Source: Camelus dromedarius
Lineage: Eukaryota
Assembly (NCBI RefSeq): GCF_036321535.1
Contig: NC_087436.1
Coordinates: forward strand, 9,114,001 to 9,178,000
Length of the DNA: 64,000 nucleotides
Direction of reading: 5' to 3'
Part shown: piece by piece, positions 26,531 to 41,114 of the stretch
How positions within the stretch are numbered: the first letter of the stretch is position 1
Layout: each line of letters opens with the position of its first letter
Translations under genes and position numbers: made by a program
The notes under the pieces: generated by a model
What the model was told of the DNA's origin: nothing
Seen by the model: only the letters and a program-made list of their open reading frames with translations
The model's database searches: none

Positions 26531-27959
26531 GAATGTCTGGACTTTCCAAAATATGATTAACTGAAGCGTGATAAAAATTAGCTTCTTTACAAAATTATGT
26601 TTTATTAAAAATTAGCAAATTATTTTTTATGTTTAAGATATACAAAGTTACTAACTTTGATTTTCTTCTCTTTAAACTCTTTCCATTGCCCCCTTGTCAA
26701 TCCCAGAATAAGAGCCAAAGGTTTTACTGGTTGTTTCCAGTATCCTCCATCACCTCTCTGCTCCTTACCTCTTTAAAAGGATTCACTGCCTCTCTTTTCC
26801 TGTAGTCTGAATACTCTTAAACCTTGAAAATATTGAAATAATTCTCAGGGTTTTTGAATATATAGGACCTTCCTCCTGCTTAGAACATTTTTTCCTTCTT
26901 TTTACTATGTACCACCAACATTTATTTTCAGGTTTCAGCTAAGTTGTTTCTTCACTTAATCCACCCCCCAAAACCAGTTTGAATACTTGTCTTATGCATG
27001 TCCATTGCACTTTGCAAGTTTTTGCTTGATGAATTATTTCCCTGCACGTTTAACTATATACTGTTGAAATCTCTGTCATAATACACACTTAAATAAAAGT
27101 AGATTAATATTGGAAGATTTTAACTACCTGCCTTACAGCACCATCTTGCTTCATATTTTTCAACTGCTGTCAGTTGTGGCTTAAGCCAAAGATATTTTCT
27201 TAATTATGAACAGAATCTCTCTGGCCTCAACAAAGGTGTTGGCCCCTTTGGGGATTCTGTTCACCGTAAATTGTCATTAAAAGTTTCCAAGCAGCTTTCC
27301 CCAGCCAACCGGACAATTAAAGGAGGCTAATTAAAGAGATGATCCAAACATGCCCTCTGGAAGTTCTGTTCTTATTATTTGTTTGGAGGTTCACTCTCCC
27401 AGGGCTTGATTGTGGCTCCAAAGATTATAGGTTTGATTTTCCTCCGCTAATGTCATGTACATCTCATAGTCAGCCACCCACCTCAGGCATCACACATTTA
27501 CATCCTCCCTGCTTCATGTCGCTGCATTATTATTTCCTTTGTTCTGACAAAGACTGCAGTGGTAAAAATAATCCCTGACATCTGCACAAAGTTTCCATCA
27601 AAGTGGCTTTCTTTATATATGGAATCATTTTACTTTATTACTTATACTCAATTTACTTATGTAATTATTTTATACATATACATATATTTAACATTTAGAA
27701 ATATTGAAAATTCTATACGTATTCCTTCTAGAATATATATTCTTTCTAGAATATATTCTTTTCTAGAATATATATTTTCTAATAATATATAATAGACTAT
27801 TATATATGACTTGAATATATTCTCTCTCCATGTTCTTATTATATGATTATATTTAATTTCTAAGTTGAAAAATGCTTAATATTGCCTGTTTAAAAATTGA
27901 TATTCTTATGTTTTTTCTACTTTTATATTCAACTCTTAGATATGGAATTCTAGCCATTA

Positions 27960-28136
27960 GCATAATGGTTATCTACCCTGAATGCACTTTAGAATTATGC
28001 AGGAACCTTTATAAATATCGATGCCTGGCGCCCAATCCCAGAAGTTCTGATTAGGTTTCTAAGGGAACCGACCAGACATCTGTACTTCTGTATGCTCCCT
28101 GGTGGTGCTGATGTGCCCTTAAGATGTATAGCACTG
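27960..28136. mobile_element. MER5B-like hAT-Charlie element
   Basis: tggttatctaccctgaatgcactttagaatta...gatgcctggcgccc...ttctgatt...ctccctggtggtgctgatgtg...cactg. Confidence 0.6.
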
Positions 28137-28435
28137 CTCTACAGGCCCTTGGAGTCCATCTGCTTCTGTGAATCTTGAACTATTCTTAAAATGCTACAAA
28201 GAAATTTGACAGAAATTTAAAACCTTTTTCTGCAGATTTGTGTAATGTTTCACCATGATGACACTAGATAGAAGTTTACTGTTGGGAGTGAGTCGTATTT
28301 ATGATCACTTATAACTGGTAAGAGGTGAAATTCCCAGCAGATGGTCATTTTGCTGCCAGGCATCACTCCGCTTGACTTACACATTCCTGGTAACAGCACT
28401 ACCACAACAATGGACGGAGATGCTTTTGAGGTCAT

Positions 28436-28794
28436 TGCTATGGACTGAATGTTTGTAATATGCTGATGCTTAACCTCCAGTGTGGAGGTATTTAGAGGTG
28501 AAGACTTTGGGAAGTAATTAGGTCATGAGGGTGCAGCCCTCACGAATGGGATTAGTGCCCTTACAAGAAGAAACAAGAGAGAGCTCTCTCTTTATCTCTC
28601 TCTCTCTGTCTCTCTGTCTCTCTCAGTCATGTGGTGATATAGGGAGAATCATTAAGAATGCTCTCACCAGACACCAGATCTGCTTTCACCTTGATGATTG
28701 ACTTCCAAGTCTTCAGAATTGTGATAAGTGTCATTTAACCCACCCAGTCTACAGTATAGTGTTTTCATTAGAGCAGCCTGAACTGATTAAGACA
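28436..28794 (+). mobile_element. MaLR MLT1A-type solo LTR
   Basis: tgctatggactgaatg...ctgattaagaca termini with 5-bp TSD GTCAT (28431-28435 and 28795-28799). Confidence 0.92.
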
Positions 28795-29734
28795 GTCATT
28801 TTTTTATTGTTTGATAAGTTAAAAAGAAATAAGAAAAAGAGAAATAAGCTACAGTAGCTTCATTTAGAAACTCAACAATTCTACCAATTGTCACATAATT
28901 AAAAAATAGCTGTCTGTGTTTTCTGGTGGTTTAGAGGCTTCTATCTTATAAACGTTGGCAATTTCAATAAGCTGCTAGGTCCAGCAAGTCTCTATAATTA
29001 ATGGTAATAAGATTGTGAGAAAAATAAGATATTCAGAAATGAATACCAAAATTAATGTGCTTTTCAGTGGCAAGCACTCTTTCAGAGGAATAACACTTTC
29101 TACAGTAAAATCTGATTTTACTAATTATCAGCAAACATTTTAAAAATAAAATGCTGAAGTCAATTTAGTAAGGATTGAGGAAAGATAAAAGCTGTTTCAA
29201 ATGCCTTACATTAAAGAGTATAAATATGAAATGCCATACCTGAGAGACTACTTTATATGAAATAATTAAACAAATCATGTTAAGAACTTTGATGTTTTTG
29301 CCATGTACAAAAGCTGTAAGAAGTTGAAATGGATAATCCCTACATTTCCTCATATGTCAAAAAAGATAAATACCTTTAAGAAACATTTAAGCTATAAAGT
29401 GCTGTGATGTGTTTATCATTAAAATAAATACATAATTGAGGAGTGACTGTTTCTGAGTCGGATATTGCATTCTAATTCACATTATATTAAACTTTCCAAG
29501 GGGACTAAGCAAGAAATTCTAGAGCTTCAGTTTTAGTATTTCTTTCCTCTTAAAGAATGAATATTCAGTCCCTTAATCATCCTGTAATTGTTTTGCTCAA
29601 CATTTGTCAGCAGTTGCATTAATATAACATCTGCTCCCATCCCCCCTTTTTTTTAACTAGGTAGACAAAAGAAAGATCTAGAACTAAAATAATTCTTAAG
29701 AGTCATTTTAAAATATTTTACAAAAATAAATACA

Positions 29735-30315
29735 CTGATACAAACACTTTGAAAAACTATTTGAAATTATCTGTTAAAGCTAAATATACACCAACCCTAT
29801 GATCTTACATCTACACTTCAAGAGAAACAAATGCACGTGCCCAGTAAAAGGCATACACAAGACTGTCTGAATAACCCCAAACTGGAAAATAGTCAAGAAT
29901 ACACCAAGAGAACAACACAAACAAAACTGAATTTTGTGTGATAAACCCCTTTAGAGTAATGAAAACAATATGTCTTTACTATATTCAACAGTGTAGATAA
30001 ATATCACAGAGTATTTAGCAAAACAAAAAAGAGAGAAAAATGTAATACATTAAAGAGTACCTATTAGTAGGGTTCCATTTATATGGAGTTCAAAAGCAAA
30101 ACATTTATGGTGAAAAAATGTGGAAGAGTAATTACCTTCAGAAGATGGGATTGATTAGAAGTGGTAAGAAGAAACTTCTGGATTGCAGGAAATAGTCTGC
30201 ATTTTAATTTGAGTGTTAGCATTGTGAGCGTATACATATAAAAATATGTATCTAAATGTACAATGATTGCCTTGGTACATTACTGTATCTATTTGCATCA
30301 AGTTAAAAATTGAAA
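29735..30315 (+). mobile_element. Old L1 (L1ME/MD-like) 3' end
   Basis: aaagctaaatatacac..ccctatga, accccaaactggaaa, ttccatttatatggagttcaaaagca motifs. Confidence 0.75.
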
Positions 30316-30619
30316 ATTGATTTATTTCAATAATGTTCTTTAACAATACAGTCTGGTTACTGATAGCAGTATTTTGAGAAAGAGTGCTTCATACATGCCA
30401 GTTTGTGATTTAAATCCTGTATCACAATTCTCAAAATATAGCATCAACATTCTCTTTCTAGAAAAAACAAAATACCCTAAAATAGAGACTGGATTAATTG
30501 CACTGTAGTATCTGTAACTGCAGAAAGATATTAAGCCAGATCCTTAACATGGTTAATTTCAAGAGATGTCAAAGTCATCAGCTGCTGTGTATAGCAGCAA
30601 TTAAGTCTAAAAGTCACTA

Positions 30620-30860
30620 GAGCAGTTTCCCAAATTGTTTCCCAGAATACCAGAAAGTGTTCAAAATTCTCTATAGTTCATTTAGTTGGGAAATTCTAGG
30701 TTAAGTAAAGTTTAGAATATTTCTCAGACTTTAATATGCTCCTGTGCATTGTGGATTTCCACAGAAGCATAATACGCAGTTTTCTCCAAATGACTTGGTC
30801 ATTAGAATCCATTTTCAGCAGAACATTTCACAGAAATAATGCTCTCAAGGGCAATGAATG
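30620..30860. mobile_element. hAT-Charlie-type DNA transposon remnant
   Basis: cagtttcccaaatt...cagactttaatatgct..tgtgcattgtg...cagttttctccaaa resembles MER112/113-group elements. Confidence 0.45.
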
Positions 30861-31669
30861 CAGACGTCTGGGAAGTGAACAGGGTATTTTATTATATCAA
30901 TCAAAAGGAAAAGCCCTAAGATCTTTAGGAACATTTTCCAGAGAGAGGGACACTGAACACAGCAAGAGATTTTTATCTACAGCATTTAGATTGATTATAT
31001 TTACCTTTTTAAAGGTGGGGGGAGGTTATTATAATGATGGACTCAAATAGTTGGGTGATATTTCACAGGGAGAATTTAAAGGAATTTCTTTTCTTTTGTG
31101 AAAATACATAGTTATTTGGAATTCCAAGTTTTGAAGAAAATGTTCCTATATAGGAGCTGAAAATTGGGTAGAGTTGGTAGAAATACTGTTGTGATGGAAA
31201 TATCTGTACACACAATACACACATAGGCTGCATGCATGTAAATACTATGACAGAGTGTTTTGAACAAATTTATCAAAAAGTATATTGCTATTGTGTAGAG
31301 TTCTATCTACTCTTTGTTAGATCAGGATTTTATTCGCAAATCCATCTCTACTTGATGCTAACAACTTGGGCACATAACAATTAGGACCTAAAGTTTTCAT
31401 TAGCCAGGTGAAGATGTTAGATTTGTAGACAGATAAGATGCATTTCAACTTTAACTTTCGCTGATGCTTTTGTCATGTATGTATAAATAAAAGCAATTAT
31501 GTTTCCCCCAATTTTAGTATTTTCTCCTAGAAAAATCTTTTAGAATTGTCCTCAATTTAAAAAATATGTATATATACATATATGTATTTCTTTTTTTACC
31601 AAAAAAATTCTTCCAAGGCAATTTTTTATTATTTCTTCAGAACTTGGGATAGTCTATGTTCAAGAATAC

Positions 31670-31756
31670 ATATATATATATATATATATAGACTACATAT
31701 ATACGTGTGTGTATATATATATACTTATGTATAGACTATATGTGTGTGTGTGTGTT
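31670..31756. repeat. Compound (TA)n/(TG)n microsatellite
   Basis: Read directly. Confidence 0.9.
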
Positions 31757-33269
31757 TCGTTTATTTAGTTGCAGCTATCTTTATCCTTTGGGGATATATT
31801 TGATTTTTGGAACTAGCTAAGCCATTGGAAACCAGAATCCACAAAATGACTAAGTAACCAAGACCATCCATTCTAATATTTTCATTTTTATTAAGCAACT
31901 GAAATATTGTATTTAAACTAGACTTTTTTATGAATCAAAATACATTATGAATCAAACTGTATACAAAAATAAATCCTAAATATTCCAGGTGAAACAGAAG
32001 TAGAATCAAGAGGGCGTTATGCTCAGCTTTCTGCCTACATGCCATTTTTGTGTGTTATTTCTTGGTCACAACCACATAACGTTAAAGCTAAGCATAAAAT
32101 AGAAAGGGAACTAGTGATCACTCACAGATGTCTACACATTCCTTCCCTTAGGAACTCTAATACTTAATAAATGTTCTCCACTCAAAGAAAGAAATAGTTC
32201 TGTGGACAAACAATGTAGCCTTAACATTTATTCCAATACAATACAGCTTAAATATGAGCAAGCTTCATGTGAATTATCAAATATATTCACGTATGTATCT
32301 TAAATATCTATCAATTCAAAATAAACTTAAAAGATAAATACAAAAAATAAAAGCCAACAATACTCAGCTGATGATACGAGATTGCTACATTGAGTGATAC
32401 ACTGTTGACGCTATGTTAACGCTTGCCACATGCCTGTGGTGCTGAGAGGGATGTAGAACTCAGTAGAGTTAAGTACCTTTTACTTCCTTATTCTTCAAAG
32501 ATGAAATATGAGTTCATTTTTAAGACTTGTTAAAAATCTAATATATAATGTGATAAAGCAAGAGATTTTTCTCATTACAATAGTTGTGTGTTCTCTTACT
32601 CTTTTCTTAATTGGAGTCTTTAATTTCTTCTTTTCAGTGTTATTTCTGCCATTTATGGTTTGCATATCGTTAATCTTCTCAGGGAAGTGAGTTATAGAGA
32701 TAATATTCTAGGGAAATACTACTTTAGATCTTAAATTGGGTGTAACTGATTAATTTTAGTGTCTCATAAACTGACTGCAATATATGAATTCCTACATTTT
32801 TTAACAATGAAACATGTATGTTTTTTAATTATATGTATACTTATATATTATAGTAATATATATAATATGTAATAATATTATATAATTTAATTATATAGAA
32901 TATAATAAAATAATTATTATGTAATTATAAAATATATTATTATATATAATTCTAAATACAGACATATAGGAATGTACATACATATAAAATGTATCCATAT
33001 ATATCTTCAGATGCACTGTAATAAAATATGGCATTATTTTAACCATATCTAATTTGTGTTAACAGTTATAGCTTTTAATTAATTATTGTTTTGTTAAACA
33101 TTTGAAACATCTGTCCAAATGTAGACCCTTTTCATCATCTTCACGTTGTTTTTTCTGAAATCACACTAAAGAGGCCAACAGCGGCTTTATATAGCCTGAA
33201 ATTTTGCAATAATATAAATAGTTCTATAAAATAATCACTTATTACTTCCAGGAGTTATTTTGTCAGATT

Positions 33270-35350
33270 TTGAGTAGAGGGTCCAGAACAGACCCACATA
33301 AAGATAGTCAACTGATCTTTGGCAAAAAAGCAAAGGCAGTAAAATGGAGCAAAGATAGCCTCCAACTTCAGAATATCACATTATATTAGATTTTCCTACA
33401 CACTGACAATGAACATGTGGAATTTGAGATTTAAAACACAGTACCATTTACATTAGCACCCAGAAGTATTAAATACTTAGATATAAACCTAACACAATAT
33501 GTACAAGATCTATATAAAGACAACTACAACACTCTGATGAATAAAATCAAAGAACTAAATAAACGGAGATATAGTCCATGTTCATGGATAGAAAGGCTTA
33601 ATATTGTCACAATGTCAATTCCTCCCAATTTGACAGATTCAATGCAATTCCAGACAAAATTGCAGTAGCTTACTTTATGGATATTGACAACTGATTCTAA
33701 AGTTTACTTTGAGAGGCAAAAGACCCAGAAGAGACTATACAAAATTGAAAAAGAACAATGCCACAGTGGAAGGACTGACACTAATGCACTGGAGACTTGC
33801 TATAAAGCTACAGTAATCAAGAGAGTGTGCTATTGGTGGGAGGATAGACAAGCAGCACAGAGTAGAGTCCAGACCAGATCCACAGTATTAGAGTCAACTG
33901 ATCTTGGGTGAAAAAGAAACAGCAATACAATGGAGCAAGGATGGCTTTTCCAACAAATGATGCTGGAACCATTGGACACCCATGTGCAAAATAATGAATC
34001 TAAACACAGACCTTAAACCCTTCACAAAAGTTAACCCAAAGTGAATCATAGGCCTACATGTAAAACGAAGACTATAAAACTCCCAGAAGATAACAAAAGA
34101 GAAAACGAAGATGATCTTGAGTATGGCAATGACTTTTAACATAAACAACAAAGGCATGATTCATGAAAGAAATAGTTTGTAGGCTGAACTTTATTAAAAT
34201 TACAAAAGCCTACTCTGATCAGGAAAATAAAAAGATAAATCATGGTCAGGAAGAAAATACTTGCAAAGAGCACATCTGATAAAGGACTGCTATTCAAAAT
34301 ACACAATAAACTTATAAAATTCAACAATGAGGAAACTAACAACCCAATTAAAAATGGGCAAAAGAACTGAGAGACACCTACACCAAACAGGATATACAGA
34401 TGGCAGATAAGCATATAAAAATGTGTTAAACATCCTATGTCTTTAGTGAATGGTAAATTCAAGCCAGGATGAGATACTACTATACATATATTAGAATGGC
34501 TAAAATCCAAAAACTGCCAACACCAAATGCTGCAAATGTGGAACAGCTCTCACTCATTGCTGGTAAGAATGGTAAATGATAGAGCTACTTTGGAAGACAG
34601 TGTAACACTTTCTTAAAGAACTAAATGTACTCTTATCATGTGATTCAACAATCACATACCTGGGAATTTACCCAAATGAGTTGAAAACTTATGTCCACAA
34701 AGAAACCTGCACATAGATGTTTATAGCAGTTTTAATTCTCCCAGTCAAGCAACCAAGATGTCCTTCAATAAGTAAGTGGGTAAATATACTGTGGTACATC
34801 CAGACAATAGAATATTATTTAGCACTAAAAAGAAATGAGCTATCAAGCCATGAAAAGACATGGAAGAAATCTTAAATGCATATCCTAAGTGCAGGAAGTC
34901 AATCTGTAAAGTTCACATTCTGTATGATTCCAACTATATGACATTCTGGAAGAGGCAAAACTATGGAGAGAATAAAAAAAAAAAATCAGTGATAATGGGA
35001 GGTTATGGCAAAGGGAGCGATAAATAGGCAGAGCACAGAGGATTTTTAGGGCAATGAAATTTTTCTGTATGATATGGCAATGTTGGGTACAAGTTATCAT
35101 GTCTGTGTCAAAATCCAAAAATGATAAACCACCAAGACTGAACCCCAAGGTAAACCATGAGCTTTGGGTGGTAATGATTTGTCAATGTAAGTTCATGGAT
35201 TACAACAAAGGTACCACCTGGTGCAGGATGCTGACAGTGGTGGAGGCTGTACAGGTAGGTATGATGCCAGGAGGTATGGGGACCCTCTGTATTCTCTACT
35301 CAATTTTTCTGTGGATATAAAACTGCTATAAAAATAAAGTCTATTTAAAA
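33270..35350 (+). mobile_element. L1MC-like element, 3' 2 kb (ORF2 C-terminus and 3'UTR)
   Basis: ORF2 remnants (ccatgttcatggatagaa, tataaagctacagtaatcaaga, ETCYKATVIKRVCYW) and an L1MC1/2-type 3'UTR ending aaaataaagtctatttaaaaa. Multiple stops and frameshifts. Confidence 0.93.
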
Positions 35351-36019
35351 ATTGAGAAAGGGAAAAGAGGCTCCTTTCTTAGGAGAAAACATAACCACGC
35401 TACCAGTATTGCTGATAGCATATGTAAGCAACCATCTGACAGAAGGCTGAAAGTAGACGTTTTTTGTTGGAAGGTTCTACCAGTTGGTAGTATAATGATT
35501 GGCAGTATAATCTTTGAATGGGCCACGTGTTTAACCCACACAGCTGATAAACTGCAATCACTTTCAGACAGCCTGATGGCTAGTTCAATGTCTTAACTAA
35601 CCATTTTTTTTCTAGTGCCTAGTCCAGCATACGTGCTTAGCCACTCCATTTATTTTACTATAGACCAACCCCTATAAAGCCAACTTTGCACCAGCTGTCC
35701 CTGAAGGATGGTCCCTTTGTGCATGTTTAAAGATAGTCTTGAATGATGTTTTCAATCAATTCATTTGAGATGTTTGCCTCACCAACAATCACAGGCAAAT
35801 CAGCACGTGTATTTAAGAACACCTCAATTTGAATAATGTTGTTCAGTACTTCGTGTGTAGTAGGGACTTAGCAAACACTGTTGAAATAATGAGTGAATTT
35901 ACTTTTTTGTTGGTAAATGCTGGACTTGAAGAAAAGTGTGAATCTGGGGGACAGAGTATTAAAGGAAAGCACAGCCGTTCTGGAAGACAGGAAATCCGTT
36001 ATCATCTCAGCTGAATGGC

Positions 36020-36140
36020 ACACAGCCACATGTGACCTTCAACAAAGATCTTTGCTTCTCAGGCCCTCACTTTTCCCATCTGTACGGTATGCTCTTAAAG
36101 ATAGATTGAATATTTGCTACTATCTTATAGCTCTAAAAAC
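36020..36140 (+). mobile_element. MIR SINE fragment
   Basis: tgtgacctt...ctcaggccctcacttttcccatctgta core. Confidence 0.55.
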
Positions 36141-39019
36141 ACTGCCTCTCAGTTCATATGGAAGGCCTGATGCCAGAAATAGGCAGTGAGTAATATTAGT
36201 TAAAAAGAATACTATCTTTTTTCAACTGTGGTTTATACACCTTAGGGTTTTTATCTCTTAAACATTTTGAATGTCATATTCGTAAATCAGGATATTTCTT
36301 TTTATTTATAATATGGGCTTTGCTAATTGAATTTGCATTAGAATTTTAATAATTAAAGATGTACGAAACTTATAATTTACACATTGAAGACGTTAATGTA
36401 AATACTAGCTTGAGCTGTATTAATATTCACTTATCTCATTCAGCTGTTCTTAACTTATAACCCTCTTTCCTGCATCTACAAGTTTAGAGTATCCACATTG
36501 AGCCCTGTTATAAACAATCACACCCATATTTTATTTTTTGAACAACATGCTTAATCAGTAGTAGATCTGGATGTACTAACAATAGTTTGTTTTTCTTTTG
36601 CAAACTGATGTGAATGAGCACTATCCTTTCCACAGAAATGATGAGAAAAGTACAACTAGATCTAAAGATAAGAAGGCTTTGGGAGTCAGAGGGAGATGAA
36701 CAGTCACGACCAACCTGCACCTTGGTCCTGAGAGTCTGGTATTCCTTGGTCAGTAAAAGGATCAGTGACTGTTTAGGGAAACAGGAATAAAGCCATTTTT
36801 TAAACTATCAACATAATTTTTTAAAATGATCAAGTCGGGTCAGAGAAAGCACTGTGGCTTAAGTCCCTTGAAAGTTCATACTGGGGCTGTAGAAAACATT
36901 GTAAGTGCCCAAGAATAGTGCATAAATGGAGTTTTCTGGAATCCTGAGAACTTGGATCTAATGTACCATATGAATTTGACTTTATTTGACTACTTTGTTG
37001 TGAGTCATGGAAAAGATGTAAGTAGAAGCTAATGCATCACATTTTTACCATTTCAAAACTTCACATCTTCAACTGAAAGCAGCTCTATTTTTTTAAGATA
37101 TAAGTATTACTTTTAAAGATTTACAAAAAGTATCTTAATGTAGGGCCACAGAGGTGTAAAGGAACAGACTCACCACCCTCCACGTCTGTACTAATAAGAC
37201 TGCTTTAGGAATTCATTGTTAAAAGGATCAAATGACAATTTTCCATAGTAGTTTCCTATCCTGAGAATTTTAGAAGTCAGATATATCCTTTCATTGATTT
37301 ATTTTTTGTTAAGCAAAGCGATTCAGTCCACTGCATGCCAATTTTCCCCAGATTAGCAAATATAACCTGGTTTAATGGAATAAACATGCAAGCAACATAT
37401 TCAAAGGTCAACAAAACATTTTCTTTTTACCTTAAAGTCCTAGAAAGGACAAAATTAACCAGGTAAAAGGTAGGATGAAGCTACACCTATGCACTTGGTT
37501 TGCAAATCAACTTTGAAACACACACAGCATTAGTTTTGGCCTTAGATACACTTGATGGTGACTCTGACCTCCTGCTACAGGCGGTACTCGCCAAGTGCTT
37601 TGGGAGACAGCTCTCCACGGGTCCCTCATGTTTCTGCACATCTTGGAAGCAGAGACACCAACTGCCATTGGTGTTCCAGGTAGGACTACTGACCATCCAG
37701 TGTCCTAAAGATAATGTCTTCCTTTGGCGCAAAGAGTAGGCAGGCTTTGGTCCATACGATGTTCTTCAACCCACAGACCACAGATCTTGTGTAACATACT
37801 GCATGACGTGTGCAGGTGTAATCTGACCCCCTTTACATTGCCCTGTGGAAGCTGGGCTCAGGGCACTAGCTTAGTTAATAGTGGAACTTCATCTCTCAGA
37901 AAAAAAAAAAAAAATCTTCTTTTTCAAACATAATTTTTTAATTAAAAAATCTGATATTTATGAATAGTATTCAGCCATTATGATATCAATGGAATGCATA
38001 CATATATATATTAATTAATATATTCCTTAACATTTAATTAATTCTTTGACCAGCACTCCATTTCCCTCATCATGACCATCTTTGCTCTCAGGCAACAGCC
38101 CAGCTTGCTTCTTGACCTCTCCGAAAGACATTAACACTTTAAAGGGCCTTCCCCTGAAGAAGCTGCAAGCAGTCAGATATTTCAGATGGAATGGCCCAAT
38201 TTTTCGTCAGTTAGGAAATAATGCTCCTGGGCTTTGCCTGAAGGTTTCCAGCCTCTGAGCAGTCACCTTTTTGATGTGGTGTTTAACGTTTTTTTTTTTC
38301 TCTCCTTCCCTAGAGTTCTCTCCTGCCACTCTCCACCCTTCCCCATGGATCATTCTTTTAATACCAAAAGGAAAGCATCTCCTCCCACAAATGACTTCTT
38401 TGAATTCGACCGTACTGCGTGCATACCAATGCTCTCTGGATCTATTTCAATTATGCAAACTCTCTGCCCCATTCACATAGTAACTACTTTCATAGACAAA
38501 TATTTTGATTTAGGAAGTAAAGGAATCATAAGGCAATTTTAGTTTGCGCTCTAAAGCTGGACATAGCATTTCCTGAACACACAAAGATGTGAGCAATTTC
38601 AGATCTTATAGTGGTCCCACTAGGTATACTCAAAGGGCGCTCCTTGCTGTCCTTATAAGATCTTCCCTCAAGCTTGACTCTGATGATCATTATCAGCACA
38701 CAATGTAGCAGTGTGGTCAGTGCTGTGGGTAAGAAAAGGGATGTAAGATAAGGCATTGATCTTAACAGGGTTTACAGCAAACCAATTAGGATATACGGTA
38801 ACATGCTGAAATATGCATATTTTAGGGTTGTAAATACAACAGGAGGTTTAATTGTGATAGAAAATCATGACCCAGCAAGAAACAGAAAAAAGAAAGAATG
38901 GATGGAAAAGAGGATGAAAAGTCTAGAAGTAGAAGTGAAAGAGGAAACCAAGGTAGTCCAGGGAAAGCAGCCCGGAAATCTTGGTTAGGTAATAGGAGGT
39001 TAAGGTCTAAATTTTTCTC

Positions 39020-39415
39020 TGTTGGTGAGGATAGACCATGGTTATGCTGAGATAGCAAATAAACCCCACATCTCAGTGATTTAAAACAAAAGCTTTTCCC
39101 TCATTTCACATTGCCAGGTAATCATCAATCGCCAAGGTGGTTTACTCAGCCCAGTGATTTAGACACTTGGGCTGATTTAAGCAGCCACCACCTGGAACAG
39201 ATGATATTTGTCATGCTAGGAGGAAACGAGAGTTCAGGAAGGTTTTATCATTGTGATTGAATGTTCAGCCCAGATGCACTCCATGGCGCTCCTTAAAACT
39301 CATTAGCTGGAACTAGACACATAGTCCCACCCAAGCACAAGGGGACCAAGACATGACTGATTACTATATGATCAGAATATAAAGAGAATAGGAAGTTCTC
39401 AGGTCAAATTACTAC
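39020..39415 (-). mobile_element. MaLR MLT1J/K/L-type LTR
   Basis: aggatag...ggttatgctg...aaaccccacatctcagtgatttaaaacaa and cattagctggaactag..acatagtcccacc match the reverse complement of old MLT1. Confidence 0.7.
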
Positions 39416-39459
39416 AAAAAGTACTCATTGTGGAACCTGCGCTAAGTATCTAGGCTTGA

Positions 39460-39650
39460 TATGAAACCCTAAATCCTGCTTCCTAACATTCTAAGTATGT
39501 GGTATTAATAGGTACTAAACATTGGTGAACCCCAGTTTTCTCATCCATCCAATAACAATAAACCACTTACAACACGAGGATCTTCGTATGATTAAATCAG
39601 TGTATAGAATAAAGCTAACAGACTGCCTTGCATAGAATCAATGCCTGGTG
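39460..39650 (+). mobile_element. MIR SINE
   Basis: aaatcctgcttc...cagttttctcatc...atgattaaat...taaagctaacagactgccttgcatag. Confidence 0.6.
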
Positions 39651-40099
39651 ATACTGTTAAGTTCTGTAGAGGATGCTCTGAGTACACCAATTCTAGAGAA
39701 GGCTCAAAATTTGTGGGACTTCTGGAAACTTTCTTACCAATGCACATTGCCATGTGTTCCGACTATGCTCAACACCCAGATTCCTAGCTGCAGATGAGCA
39801 TTTAGGGGAGTGACTATTGCTTTCTGGTGAGTCTCCATCGGGAAGGTGCCCTAAACCAGAGCTACAGCAACCTTCAGAAGAAGACTTGTTTCAGTCTGGC
39901 CAGGAAATAGATATGGGAGTACTGTGGTGGTGCTTATGTAGGGGCAGGAGAAACTATGTGAAAGAACATTAGACGGTTCTCTTTGAGGTCAATGTCGCGT
40001 CGCTCTACGACCATCATCACCTTTGTTCTTCTCTGGTCTACCAGTGCTTTTCTCTACCTCTTACTAAGCTCATTGAGTGTATCTGTCCCCCCCCCCCTT

Positions 40100-40240
40100 C
40101 TCCTTGGGAAAGTTACTTTTTCCTCTCTGGGTTTTAATCATATCATTTGGATGAACAGTAATACTATTCCTTGCATCCCATTATTGTAGAATTAAATTAC
40201 AGCAATTAATGTATGTGAGAGTACTTAGCACAATGTAAGT
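40100..40240 (+). mobile_element. MIR SINE fragment
   Basis: ccttgggaaagttact...ctctctgggtttt...gtatgtgagagtacttagcacaatg. Confidence 0.6.
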
Positions 40241-41114
40241 ATGCGGCGGTTGTTTTAAAATAATGAAAGAAAAAGCCACTGTTTGGATTTGCATTTTGTA
40301 ATTGTATTTTGCAGTTTTACAGTGCTAATGAATTCCGACGTTTATGTTTGATAAATGCTGGTTGGATAAACACACTGGATGAAACACATGATCAGCTCCC
40401 TCGGATACATACCGTGGACTGTAATTAAGATTTCTATAGTTAGCATGATGGATTTATGTTTTTCATTTTTATCCTGAGACACAGACAAATGTGTTTTCAA
40501 TCACAACTGTGTGTATAGAGAGAGTTGTAAATGATATAGCTTAAGTACCTATATATTTATATTTATATCTACAATATTTCTATGTAAGCTGACAAATAGG
40601 ACTCACATTTCATTTTTTGCTCCCCAAAGGGAATTCATTATACAGTTGGCACACAAGTATTCAATAAAAAATGAATTCTATACATGTACTTGTTCAGATG
40701 TAAGGTACTGACACCTCTCTGGGGAAACTGTGGAAAATGTCTAATCAGACCTCGAGATCCATTGTATCTATTATTCATTTTATAGTTTGTAGTTAATAAT
40801 TAATATTTAACACCAGATAAATCTAAGACAAACAGAAAATCTCCTCTGCATTCCCTAAGTCTTACAGAACTATCGAGGTTTATATTCTTTGCAGTTTAAA
40901 TAAAACTATGTAGGTTAAAAAAGCAAATAAGAGAAAATCAATTTATGTAATGCTATTAAAATAATGTATTTTAAAGTGCATTAATATTGCTTTGTTGGTT
41001 TTACTCTGATGAAATTATAGAAAAGGAAATTATTTCCAATTTATTATTAATTGTAATTAATGATATAATGTGATTATATACGTATGTCATCCTGACATAT
41101 TGTAGCCAGCAGAC

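Noticed and set aside
33684..34510. ORFs inside the L1MC element
   Set aside because: Broken ORF2 remnants or antisense frames, not functional genes.
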